Assembly: GCA_937897635.1 (NCBI GenBank)
Contig: CALCQI010000029.1
Coordinates: 15,748 to 79,747, forward strand
Direction: 5' to 3'
From: an uncultured Peptococcaceae bacterium
Lineage (GTDB): Bacteria; Bacillota; Dehalobacteriia; UBA4068; UBA4997
Length of the DNA stretch: 64,000 nucleotides
Positions 48,038 to 57,402 of this stretch are shown here, piece by piece. A model generated the notes under the pieces. The model ran no database searches. It had not been told where the DNA came from and saw only the letters and a list, made by a program, of their open reading frames with translations. The position numbers and the translations under genes were made by a program. Position 1 is the stretch's first letter. Each line of letters begins with the position of its first letter.

Positions 48038-50207
48038 TTTTTAACGCTCCCTTTATTTCCTTACCCCGTTTTTGCAGCTCTTTTTCCAATTGATCGGGGT
48101 AGGTTATGCGCTGATGGTTCAAGCCTGCCAAAACTTTGGTAAAGGCACTTGCAATAACATCCAGATCTTTAAAAGTCAAAGCACAATTCGTAAGCTGGTT
48201 ATCATCAAACTTACCCTTGATTACTTCCCTTATTTTACCTTCAACCTGACCGCTGGTAGGTGATTTCATAGCCTGTACCGCGGCCTGTACGCTATCTGCC
48301 AAAAGTACTATGGCCGCCTCCTTGCTTTGAGGTTTGGGGCCGGGATAACGGAAATCACTTTCTCTTATGACATCATTTCCTGTATTGTTTTCCAAAGCCT
48401 TGTGGTAGAAAAAGGAAACCAAACCCGTACCATGGTGCTGCTCAATAATATCGCGGATGACTTCCGGTATTTTATATTCCCGTGCCATCTCAGCACCTTC
48501 CTTAGGGTGAGAAGTCAAAATCAGGGTACTTAAGCTGGGCTGCAGTTTATCGTGCGGGTTTTCACCGCCTTTTTGATTTTCAATAAAGAAATAAGGACGT
48601 TTGATTTTACCAACATCATGAAAATATGATGCCACCCTTACCAAAAGACTGTCGGCACCTACTTCTTCCGCCGCGGCTTCCGCTAAATTGGCAACTAAAA
48701 TACTGTGGTGATAAGTACCGGGAGCTTCTATCATCATTTTCTTTAAAAGCGGATTATTGGAATTGCTTAATTCCAAAAGCCTTACAACAGTAGTTATTTT
48801 AAACACGCTCTCCAAGAAAGGCATAGAACCTATGGCCATGATCATGGAAATAATGCCATTCAAAACCCCAAAGATAATACCTATAACAATAAGTGAAAGC
48901 TCATAATTCCACATCAACCCCCACGCCAAAACCACTGCTACATAGGCAAGCGATATTTTAGCTGAAGCTATGGCATAACGGCCACGCTCATCCATACCGG
49001 ATACCTGAGATATACCTACAAATCCGCCTACCATAGCTGTAAGCACATAAAAAAGCTGGCCATTACATAAAATGCCAATAAAAACAGCCATAATGGCGGT
49101 TGTAAAAACTGCTACATTACGGTTGATCAAAGCTGATACCAGCATGGAAAAAGCCGCTATGGGAATAAGCAAGCCCATCATAGCATCGGTTTGCCAATTT
49201 GATGAAAAACTTATCAAAGTAAAAATTTTACCTATAAAGAGATTGATATTTATTAAAAGACCAAGCAGTATAATATTGGTTTCCTTGGCATTCAGCTTTT
49301 TGCTGTATTTGTTTATATAATTCATGATCAGCCAATAGCATAAGGCTACTAAAAGAGCAAGCCCCCAATAAGGCATGACTTTAGAACCGTCATGCTGCAT
49401 ACCCAAAGCCTGAAGTGTTTCAATATTTGTGGCAGATACGGTATCGCCCTTTGCTATCAAGAGCCCGCCCGGTTTTACGGTTACCTGTACCGCCTGTACT
49501 GTAGCCATTTCCTTTTCCACCGCTTCAAGGGTAGCCACTTGGTCATATACACGGTTAGCGGAATAGGGTAGAGCTTTTAATACACCTCTCATAAAGTTTT
49601 CCGCCTGATAGGTAAAGTTTTCTTTTTTCAGATTTTCAATCAGCTCAACACTTAAATTTACCTGTCTGTTTTCATCCACATCAGCAGCATAAACAGCAGA
49701 TACAAGCTCTTTTAAGGTTTCGGTAAGCTTTAAAATCATATTTTCATTAGCTTTTAAGGCATAAATAATAGCTTCATTAGTTATGGTTTCGGGCAAAACC
49801 TTTTGCAGTGCTTCCGTTTTAGCTGTTAAAGTAGGTAATTCCTCATCATTTTTTACCCTATCGATTTTAGCAAAAATATCATCAATGGCTTTATTTATAT
49901 CACCCACTACACCGTCATTACGGCTGTAAACTTGCCCTATGGCGGCGGCAGCGGCTTTTTTAGCTTCTGCAGTACGTATCTCACTTACATAAGTAGTGGA
50001 GGATCCGTAATAATAAACATCCTTGTCCGCAATATCCCCCTCTTTATAGGATAACTGCTCGGGTATAAAACCCAGCGCCAGGATAAGAAAAGTGAGCACA
50101 GCAAAAACAAGCCACCAGGCCCAATGATAAAGCCTGGTTTTTGGTTTATTTTTACTTTTTAACGGTTTAACAGGTTTAATTAAAGAATCCGCCATTATAA
50201 CCTCCAA
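47916..50207 (-). CDS. pgpH: 7TM-HD membrane phosphodiesterase (PgpH/YqfF-like c-di-AMP phosphodiesterase)
   Basis: 763 aa; extracellular N-domain, 7 TM, HD domain (HHSILVANLA..HD). Low-complexity C-terminal tail; the 3' end overlaps ybeY by 122 nt. Confidence 0.8.
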   Translation of the reverse strand: MEVIMADSLIKPVKPLKSKNKPKTRLYHWAWWLVFAVLTFLILALGFIPEQLSYKEGDIADKDVYYYGSSTTYVSEIRTAEAKKAAAAAIGQVYSRNDGVVGDINKAIDDIFAKIDRVKNDEELPTLTAKTEALQKVLPETITNEAIIYALKANENMILKLTETLKELVSAVYAADVDENRQVNLSVELIENLKKENFTYQAENFMRGVLKALPYSANRVYDQVATLEAVEKEMATVQAVQVTVKPGGLLIAKGDTVSATNIETLQALGMQHDGSKVMPYWGLALLVALCYWLIMNYINKYSKKLNAKETNIILLGLLININLFIGKIFTLISFSSNWQTDAMMGLLIPIAAFSMLVSALINRNVAVFTTAIMAVFIGILCNGQLFYVLTAMVGGFVGISQVSGMDERGRYAIASAKISLAYVAVVLAWGLMWNYELSLIVIGIIFGVLNGIISMIMAIGSMPFLESVFKITTVVRLLELSNSNNPLLKKMMIEAPGTYHHSILVANLAEAAAEEVGADSLLVRVASYFHDVGKIKRPYFFIENQKGGENPHDKLQPSLSTLILTSHPKEGAEMAREYKIPEVIRDIIEQHHGTGLVSFFYHKALENNTGNDVIRESDFRYPGPKPQSKEAAIVLLADSVQAAVQAMKSPTSGQVEGKIREVIKGKFDDNQLTNCALTFKDLDVIASAFTKVLAGLNHQRITYPDQLEKELQKRGKEIKGALKNEVTNNQSAKQDGADKQTGEAPKNGSKGSPANGKEPPPSA

Positions 50208-50216
50208 GCTTAAAAC

Positions 50217-51233
50217 CTATACCCATTTACGGTCATAGGCTTCGATTATTTTTTGTACAAGCGGATGCCTTACTACATCCAAACGGGTCAAATAACAAAA
50301 TGACAAGCCTTCCACATCCTTAAGCTTTCTTTCCGCATCTATCAAGCCTGAACGCTGATCGGAAGGCAGATCTATTTGGGTTATATCGCCTGTGATAACA
50401 GCTTTTGAACCTATACCCATGCGGGTAAGAAACATTTTCATTTGCGGAGGCGTGGTATTTTGAGCCTCATCCAAAATAATGAACGCTTCCTCCAATGTTC
50501 TGCCGCGCATATAGGCAAGCGGCACTACCTCTATGATATTGCGTTCTATATATTTGGCGGCCATTTCCGTACCTAAAATATCATCCAAAGCATCATAGAT
50601 TGGCCTTAAATAAGGGTTTACCTTTTCCTGCATATCACCCGGTAAAAAGCCCAGTTTTTCCCCTGCCTCTACAGCAGGGCGTACCAATACTATGCGGATA
50701 ACTTCTTTTGCTTTAAGAGCGGCAACGGCCTGAACCACTGCCAAGTAGGTTTTGCCCGTACCTGCGGGGCCTATGCCAAAGGTAATATCATGCTTTCTTA
50801 TTGCATCTATATAATAACGCTGACCCAGAGTTTTAGCTTTTATTTGTTTACCCCTGGGTGTTACATAAATTGTTTTTGTAAGCTCGCCCATATCCTGGTT
50901 TTGCCGGTGGTGGTCCAGATTAAGAGCATAACTTACGGAAGCAGAGGTAATGTTTATACCTGCTTCCGCCAATACTAATAAATGATGAAATACTTTTTCA
51001 GCCTTACCTGTTTGTTCAGGCGTTCCTTTTATAACTATTTCACCACCACGGGCAATTATTTGGCTTTTTGTAAGTTTTTGGATTAAGTTTATGTGTTCTT
51101 CACGCTCACCGGATATATTGACAATGTGCTTATTGGGTATAGTTATTTTAACCTCGGCTTTTGGGTTATTTGCTGTAGTTACATCATGCAGCGGTGTTTT
51201 TGACAAATTTATCCCTCCCAATAAATTCTGCAC
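50217..51233 (-). CDS. phoH: PhoH-like ATPase (PhoH/YbeZ)
   Basis: 338 aa; Walker A GPAGTGKTYLA. Confidence 0.85.
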   Translation of the reverse strand: MQNLLGGINLSKTPLHDVTTANNPKAEVKITIPNKHIVNISGEREEHINLIQKLTKSQIIARGGEIVIKGTPEQTGKAEKVFHHLLVLAEAGINITSASVSYALNLDHHRQNQDMGELTKTIYVTPRGKQIKAKTLGQRYYIDAIRKHDITFGIGPAGTGKTYLAVVQAVAALKAKEVIRIVLVRPAVEAGEKLGFLPGDMQEKVNPYLRPIYDALDDILGTEMAAKYIERNIIEVVPLAYMRGRTLEEAFIILDEAQNTTPPQMKMFLTRMGIGSKAVITGDITQIDLPSDQRSGLIDAERKLKDVEGLSFCYLTRLDVVRHPLVQKIIEAYDRKWV

Positions 51234-51319
51234 CTCTTCCCAGTAAATTGTTTTTGCATAGCCTTATTATAATACTTTCAACAGCTTTTTACCACTTTAT
51301 TGCGGCTACTTTCTCTTAT

Positions 51320-52495
51320 CTATTTTCTGATACCTATTTCCTCAATACATTCCCAAATTACCTGTACTTGATAAATCCCCCCATCTGACGTTAAAAGCTT
51401 TTGGGTTTCCTTGGTTATTTCAGCATTTATAGGTATACTTTTTTTTACAGCGGCAGCAGCACGTTCCAAGGCTTCCAGTTTAGCCTCTTCTTCACTTATT
51501 TCCCTGTAAAAGGTATATGTTGGCTGATAACTTAATTTAGTTATTTCGACGGGCAAAGGTATATTCCTCCATAAATAAAGGCCCTGTACAGAGGTATCTA
51601 CTAAATTTATCTTGTAATTATCTCCTGTTTGGGCTTTCTTATCCGCCCACAGTAAAATTTTCTTATCATTATCAGGGCTGCTCAAATAATATTCGTTGAT
51701 AATTTTGCCGCTGTTTTGAGTGATTTCCTCTTTAGTTAAACACTCACCAAAACCGTAGTACCATACTCTGGCCTTGATAATGGCATCCGCTATACCGTCT
51801 TCAAGGGGTTCCACAAGCACCTGGCCTTTGCTTACGGTATCGCCTTCTTTAACTTTAGGCTCACCGTGCATGATCAAAATTTCCTCTATAAGGCCATCCT
51901 TAGCTGCCAATATAGAGCCTTGGCTTTTGGTTTTATCTTCAGGAGCCAGTACGGTTTTTTCCGCAACATTTATATGTATCATAGTTCCTTGCCTAGTAAT
52001 ATTGATCCAGGCCAAATTAGGCAAAGCCTTTTTAATGGCTTTCTCCATGGCGGTAAAATCCGCCTCTTTAATCCTGGCACCCGCATAGATTCCATAATCT
52101 TGCGCTACCAGTTTTATTTCTTGTTCTTTTAATACTACAAGTTCCTCTTTGCTTTCCACACCCACAAAAAACACAAAACCCGAAAGTATATATAAACCTG
52201 CCACAAAAATAAAAATACCTACAGGTAGCATGATCCTTTTTTTCATATATTTCAGGGAAAAGTGAAAACCTTTGCCGTAAACTATCCTGAAACTACTTTT
52301 GGATTTATGAGCCAAATGCCTTAGTTCACCCAACTGTTTATAGTACAGCTTGGCTTCTACAGTACCATTGGGATACCATATAACATCATATACATCGATG
52401 CCGCTTTGCAATGCCAAATTCAACAAGGGTTCCGCACCTTTAGTAATGCGGATTTTTACATAACCCAACAACCAGCCCCAAATTTGCGCAAGCAA
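51320..52495 (-). CDS. yqfD: Sporulation protein YqfD
   Basis: 391 aa; YqfD-like N-terminus followed by a TM segment. Follows yqfC as in Bacillus. Confidence 0.7.
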   Translation of the reverse strand: MLAQIWGWLLGYVKIRITKGAEPLLNLALQSGIDVYDVIWYPNGTVEAKLYYKQLGELRHLAHKSKSSFRIVYGKGFHFSLKYMKKRIMLPVGIFIFVAGLYILSGFVFFVGVESKEELVVLKEQEIKLVAQDYGIYAGARIKEADFTAMEKAIKKALPNLAWINITRQGTMIHINVAEKTVLAPEDKTKSQGSILAAKDGLIEEILIMHGEPKVKEGDTVSKGQVLVEPLEDGIADAIIKARVWYYGFGECLTKEEITQNSGKIINEYYLSSPDNDKKILLWADKKAQTGDNYKINLVDTSVQGLYLWRNIPLPVEITKLSYQPTYTFYREISEEEAKLEALERAAAAVKKSIPINAEITKETQKLLTSDGGIYQVQVIWECIEEIGIRK

Positions 52496-52497
52496 AC

Positions 52498-52806
52498 CTA
52501 TACCCCCTCATCATCCAAAAAAATACCTATTTCCTTGATATTGCCTTCTATAAGTATTTCCTCGCTGCTTAAATTACGCAGTTGCAGCTTAACGCCTTTT
52601 GCGGAAACCATACCCTTATGTACCCGCAAACGTATTTCTTCCTGCGTATATTTTATAATACCCTTATGGTTTTCCACCCCAAGGCGTAAATTGCCAACCA
52701 AAGTTATACGCGGCAGATCCAAAGCCAATTCTTCCGGCAACTCCAAAAAATCGGCAAAAGCCGTGCGGATCTTTTCACCTTTGCTCTTCTTATATTTTAC
52801 AGACAT
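52498..52806 (-). CDS. yqfC: Sporulation protein YqfC
   Basis: 102 aa; YqfC-like (LPRITLVGN..L.VENHKGII). Confidence 0.65.
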   Translation of the reverse strand: MSVKYKKSKGEKIRTAFADFLELPEELALDLPRITLVGNLRLGVENHKGIIKYTQEEIRLRVHKGMVSAKGVKLQLRNLSSEEILIEGNIKEIGIFLDDEGV

Positions 52807-52913
52807 AAAAACACCCCTTAATAATGTATGCGCAAAGCAGCCGCATATGAAATCAATTAAAAAGTTGAAATAAAGGCTTCTAGGCAGTACAATATTGCTC
52901 AGGGAGTGATTTT

Positions 52914-53906
52914 ATGACCAAAGTTTTGATTCTAACTTCAAAAAAACGCGTTAAAAAATATAGTAAGCCTGAAGATATACCCGAAAACTGGCAAATAGTG
53001 TTTTTGGATAAGGCCTATACCGAAGATGAAGCATTAAGAACAGGTGCCGATGCCGATTTTATTTTGGTAGATGTTATTTACCCTGTTTCAGCAAATTTGA
53101 TAGCCAAAATGCCCAACCTTAAGCTTATTCACACCGAAGGCGTAGGCTATGACCGCATTAATACTAACGCCGCTGCCCAAAGAGGTATTTATGTTTGTAA
53201 TAATGCGGGGGTTAACGCCGCTTCAGTAGCTGAACAAACCATACTGCTCATGCTTGCGCTTTTGCGCAGACTTTTGGAAGGTGATAAAGAAGTGCGCTTA
53301 GGCAGGCTTTCCGAAACCAAGTCTCGCTTTATCCTTGATGGTATTACAGAACTGGGCTCTTGCCATGTGGGGCTTATAGGCTTGGGGGCCATAGGTTTGG
53401 AAACCGCCAAAAGGCTGAATGCTTTCGGTTGTAAAATAAGCTACTATGATATAAAAAGAGCCCCTGCCGAAACAGAAGCTGAACATGGTTTAACTTTTCT
53501 GCCTTTAAAAGATTTGTTAAGCGTGGCGGAAATAATAAGCCTACACTTGCCCGTTTTGCCTGATACCGTAAATTTGATAGATGCCGAGATGTTAAAAATA
53601 ATGAAGCCAAATACTCTTTTAATCAACACCGCACGGGGAAAAATAATAGACCAAAAAGCGTTGGCTGATGCACTGGTAAACGGTAATATAAAAGGCGCAG
53701 GGCTGGATACTTTATACCCCGAACCAACAGGCAAAAACCATCCACTTTTGAATTTGCCTGAAAGTGTTCAATATAAGCTGGTATTTTCCCCGCATATCGG
53801 CGGCACTACCAACCAGGACTTTGAGCGTGCCCACCATAATGCCTGGCTGAATATGCAAAAAGTTGCTAACGGTGAACGACCAAACAATATAGTTAACGGG
53901 CTGTAA
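52914..53906 (+). CDS. D-isomer-specific 2-hydroxyacid dehydrogenase (NAD-binding)
   Basis: 330 aa; Rossmann motif GLIGLGAIGLETAKRL and a catalytic R..E..H arrangement. Confidence 0.75.
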   Translation: MTKVLILTSKKRVKKYSKPEDIPENWQIVFLDKAYTEDEALRTGADADFILVDVIYPVSANLIAKMPNLKLIHTEGVGYDRINTNAAAQRGIYVCNNAGVNAASVAEQTILLMLALLRRLLEGDKEVRLGRLSETKSRFILDGITELGSCHVGLIGLGAIGLETAKRLNAFGCKISYYDIKRAPAETEAEHGLTFLPLKDLLSVAEIISLHLPVLPDTVNLIDAEMLKIMKPNTLLINTARGKIIDQKALADALVNGNIKGAGLDTLYPEPTGKNHPLLNLPESVQYKLVFSPHIGGTTNQDFERAHHNAWLNMQKVANGERPNNIVNGL

Positions 53907-53934
53907 TAATATTTTGATAAGCTTTAAGTAATCC

Positions 53935-53977
53935 AAAAGCTGTCCATTAAAGGTTTTTAACCTAATGAACAGCTTTT
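53935..53977. terminator. Bidirectional terminator between the dehydrogenase and the deacetylase genes
   Basis: AAAAGCTGTCCATT...AATGAACAGCTTTTTT, 13-bp stem with one mismatch and flanking A/T runs. Confidence 0.55.
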
Positions 53978-53995
53978 TTATACTTGAAATAAAAT

Positions 53996-55333
53996 CTATA
54001 TCAGCTTAGCCAAAGCAATGATAGCAGTTTTATGGTCTATAACATTGCCCTTTACCGCGGCATTCCTGCCGAAAGCTTTTTCACAAGCATTGTTAAAGGT
54101 TTGAGCATTAACTTTAGCTTCCATATTGAATTTTTTGCCCTGCAAAGGCAAATAGCCTTTATCCGCCGCCGCTTTAATGGCACCGCTGTAAGGATGTTTT
54201 ATTTTTACATTACCGAAAAAACCGGCAGGGTTTTTCTTTAAGGCTTCAAAGCGTATAGCAAAACCCTCATTACCACACAGCATCATGGCAAGTTCACCCA
54301 TAATCAAGGGCATTTCGGGCTTTATTTTATTATCACGGTAAACTATAACATAACCCTTTTCTACCAGTTTAAGTGCAGCTTCATATATTTCATCTTTTTT
54401 ACCTATATCAGTAAAAGGCGAATATTCGCAAAGCTCTTCTACAGTTACTACTTTGTAGCCGTATTGGTTTAGGATTTCCAATTGTTGGGGCAAGCCATCG
54501 GCAATGGGGGTACGGCGTGCCATATTATAGCCGTCCTTTTGGAAAATTATTTGGCCACACAAAGCATTGGGATCTTCCGCAAGCAGTTTGGCAATGTGCT
54601 CATAGGTTGCCTTGACTTCCTCTTCATAAGTGGCACAGGGCAGCCAACCTGCACCATCATAGCTTGCTGCCATATATTGATAGCCCATTTTTTCATAGGC
54701 ATCGTAACTTGTAAAACCACCTTCTATTTTATCTACATAATGCGGCGGACGGGAAAATTTCATTTCATAATTAAATTTTTCTTTTAAGAGATCATGTAAT
54801 TTTTGCAGATCGTCCACTACCTCATCTACATTTTGCAGGTAGGTGCGTTTACCGTAAACCAAAGGCTTTTTGCCAAACAGCACATGAGAATAGGTGTGGT
54901 TGGTTATTTGGTGGCCGCCAGACAAAATACGGGCTACCAATTCCGGGCAATGCACAGCGCCCCCCAGCTTATCCTCATTTATATCAGGATAATGGTCAAA
55001 TTTCACACCGCCCCAAGAAGCGGAACCATGCTCGCCGGCAACATCAGGGTAGTTATTTGAAGTATCACCAACTATATCGAAAGTGCCCCTAGCCTTATAT
55101 TTTTCCAGGCTCTGCAAAAGTGAAAGCGTGAGCGGCGCCCCATTTATATCATTGGAACAGGGCTTATTCATGGGGCCGTCATCGAAGGTCATCGCACATA
55201 CTTTTTCATCAGTTTGCACGCGTTCCAGCCTTCTTACCTTGGAAAGATAAACAGGCTTATTGCCTTCAATAACTTTTTTGAATTTTCTTTTGGTCTTTTT
55301 AGCAAGCCCTATGCCTGTAGTAAGTAAAGACAT
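53996..55333 (-). CDS. NodB-family polysaccharide deacetylase with a C-terminal repeat extension; no signal peptide
   Basis: 445 aa; NodB motifs TFDDGP, HTYSH, RPPHY. Hydrophilic Lys-rich N-terminus. C-terminal ~170 aa holds two weakly SLH-like repeats. Confidence 0.75.
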   Translation of the reverse strand: MSLLTTGIGLAKKTKRKFKKVIEGNKPVYLSKVRRLERVQTDEKVCAMTFDDGPMNKPCSNDINGAPLTLSLLQSLEKYKARGTFDIVGDTSNNYPDVAGEHGSASWGGVKFDHYPDINEDKLGGAVHCPELVARILSGGHQITNHTYSHVLFGKKPLVYGKRTYLQNVDEVVDDLQKLHDLLKEKFNYEMKFSRPPHYVDKIEGGFTSYDAYEKMGYQYMAASYDGAGWLPCATYEEEVKATYEHIAKLLAEDPNALCGQIIFQKDGYNMARRTPIADGLPQQLEILNQYGYKVVTVEELCEYSPFTDIGKKDEIYEAALKLVEKGYVIVYRDNKIKPEMPLIMGELAMMLCGNEGFAIRFEALKKNPAGFFGNVKIKHPYSGAIKAAADKGYLPLQGKKFNMEAKVNAQTFNNACEKAFGRNAAVKGNVIDHKTAIIALAKLI

Positions 55334-55346
55334 TTTATTTCCCCCA

Positions 55347-56093
55347 TTACTTTTTAATAATATCCAACATTACACAATAACCCCAATAGGCCATGGAGCG
55401 GCAAATTTTTAAGGTATTTCTGCCACGGCAGGCTTTATAAAACTGGGATACACCTTTGCGCCTGCGTGGGGTGTGTTTTTGGATGACCCCCACACAATCA
55501 CCGTTTTTGACTGCTGTTTTCAAACTTTGCAGGCTAATCTCTTCGGTATTTATTAAAGTGTAGGCATTGCCCACCTCATATTTGGAGTGAGCATCACTGC
55601 CGCCTGTTTGCAAAAGCTTGTGGGCTTTGGCATAAGACAAAGCTTCCTGATTGGCATTGGGATTTTTAAAATAAGCTCTGGCATTTGCAGTTTCAATACC
55701 ATCTACATATTTGAAAAAATCAGGTTTTTCCTGAAAACGCCCTGCTTTTTGAAATGGATGCGCCGCTACCACTATACCGCCTTTTTTACTAATTTCCGCT
55801 GCCGCCTTACGGCCTGCAGGCAGGCCTTTAGCAGTAAGCTTTGCCATATCTAAAGGCTCGTCCAAAAACAAGCCTAAAATATGCCCGTCCGTTGTGGAAA
55901 CCTCACAAGCAGGAATAAGCAAAAGCTCCGTATCGGTATGCATGAAATTTGCAGGCAGGTAAGAAAGATTATGGTCCGCAACTGCTATGGCAGCCAAACC
56001 ACAGGCTTTAGCTGCCATAACGATTTCAGGCAAGCTATGTACGCCATCATTGGATTTATTGGTATGAATGTGCAAATCGGCTTTTATTTCCAT
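55347..56093 (-). CDS. PHP-domain metal-dependent phosphoesterase
   Basis: 248 aa; HIHTNKSNDG..ADHN..H..GGSDAH PHP metal ligands. Cytoplasmic. Confidence 0.65.
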   Translation of the reverse strand: MEIKADLHIHTNKSNDGVHSLPEIVMAAKACGLAAIAVADHNLSYLPANFMHTDTELLLIPACEVSTTDGHILGLFLDEPLDMAKLTAKGLPAGRKAAAEISKKGGIVVAAHPFQKAGRFQEKPDFFKYVDGIETANARAYFKNPNANQEALSYAKAHKLLQTGGSDAHSKYEVGNAYTLINTEEISLQSLKTAVKNGDCVGVIQKHTPRRRKGVSQFYKACRGRNTLKICRSMAYWGYCVMLDIIKK

Positions 56094-56111
56094 ATTTTTA
56101 CCTACTTATAG

Positions 56112-57332
56112 CTACTTATTTTTGGCTTTGACAAAAAGGGATTTAAAATAGACCCGTGCTGGCTTATTGTCCCCTTTGGATTTTATACCGTCTTTCACCT
56201 TAGGGTTAAGCATATCCGCAATACCGCCAAAAACCTTGCTCAATTTACCTGCTTTGGCATAACCGATAACAGCTATTTTATCGCTGGTACCGTAAATCAT
56301 TTTGGTTTGCCACTTATAAGTGCTTGGTTCTATGTGTATGGCCTTTTCAGGGTTAGCCATGTTATAACCAAGCGCAAACCAGTTATAGCTAAAATTAGTT
56401 TGAGCTATCCTGGTAAGGTTATAAGAACCCCAAACTCTGGGGTTTATCTCCAGCATTTTGAAAATGCCATCCTCCCCCTCTTTAGTGGTTTTGAATTCAA
56501 GCATGGCAATACCGCTGTAATCCATGGCTTTTATCATCTTTTTTGCATAACCTTCCAGAATATCTATCTTCACGCGCATGCAGCAGCTTGAAGGACCGCC
56601 AGTAACCGGGTATTCCCTGAGCCTTTTGTGGCAGATAAAATCTATTATTTCCCCCTCTTTTGCCAATACGGAAATACCATAACCGCCACCGGCCAAGTAT
56701 TCCTGAACAATTGGGTAATCTTTTTCCAAATCATAAAAAAAGTTGAAGCGATCCTTGAATTTTGCCTTGCTGTGGCAAATTGCATAACGGTCTTTGGCTT
56801 TGATGCCAAACTTTTCACCGCACACGGGCTTCACCACACAAGGCAAAGGTACCGAATTGAAATATTCCTCCATGTTTTGGCCAAGCTTTACAGAATATTC
56901 ACGGGGCACAGGTATATTCAGCTTTTCTGCCAAAGCTACTACCTGTTTTTTATCATTTGCCATATCCAATTGTGCTTGGCTGGGTATATATAAACCACAG
57001 ATTTCACGAAAACGCTCTGTAACCTGTGGTTCGGCCAATAAAGCCAGGGTTTTGGCACCAACGGGAATAAGCACGCATTTTTCCCCGTTTTTTTGGGAAA
57101 GTTTTGCACATAAACCATAAATAGCTTCCAAATAGTCTTCGGGCTTGATATTCATATTAGGCAACCAAACCCTTTCTTTAGGGTATTTGGAATAAAAACC
57201 CAAAGGCTCCATAAAAGTTTCTGTACCACGCTCATCACTTTGAGCAACTGCTACATTGATACCTCTTGCCACCAAATCCCTAATTATAGCAAGCGACATT
57301 TTATATTTAACATCTGTAATTACCGCAAACAT
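56112..57332 (-). CDS. ATP-grasp-fold ligase
   Basis: 406 aa; ATP-grasp core (VVKP..GG.G...EYL.GG..G.S, LEINPR). SD AGGAGGA before the ATG. Confidence 0.6.
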   Translation of the reverse strand: MFAVITDVKYKMSLAIIRDLVARGINVAVAQSDERGTETFMEPLGFYSKYPKERVWLPNMNIKPEDYLEAIYGLCAKLSQKNGEKCVLIPVGAKTLALLAEPQVTERFREICGLYIPSQAQLDMANDKKQVVALAEKLNIPVPREYSVKLGQNMEEYFNSVPLPCVVKPVCGEKFGIKAKDRYAICHSKAKFKDRFNFFYDLEKDYPIVQEYLAGGGYGISVLAKEGEIIDFICHKRLREYPVTGGPSSCCMRVKIDILEGYAKKMIKAMDYSGIAMLEFKTTKEGEDGIFKMLEINPRVWGSYNLTRIAQTNFSYNWFALGYNMANPEKAIHIEPSTYKWQTKMIYGTSDKIAVIGYAKAGKLSKVFGGIADMLNPKVKDGIKSKGDNKPARVYFKSLFVKAKNK

Positions 57333-57364
57333 AATGTCCTCCTGATTTTGGTTTAAACCAACAG

Positions 57365-57393
57365 GTGTGGATGTAGAAAAACTACATCCACAC
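57365..57393. terminator. Perfect 12-bp hairpin between the yqfB-position gene and the ATP-grasp gene
   Basis: GTGTGGATGTAG-AAAAA-CTACATCCACAC. Clean T-run only on the + strand; on the minus strand it sits just upstream of the ATP-grasp SD. Confidence 0.4.
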
Positions 57394-57402
57394 TTTTAAA
57401 AA

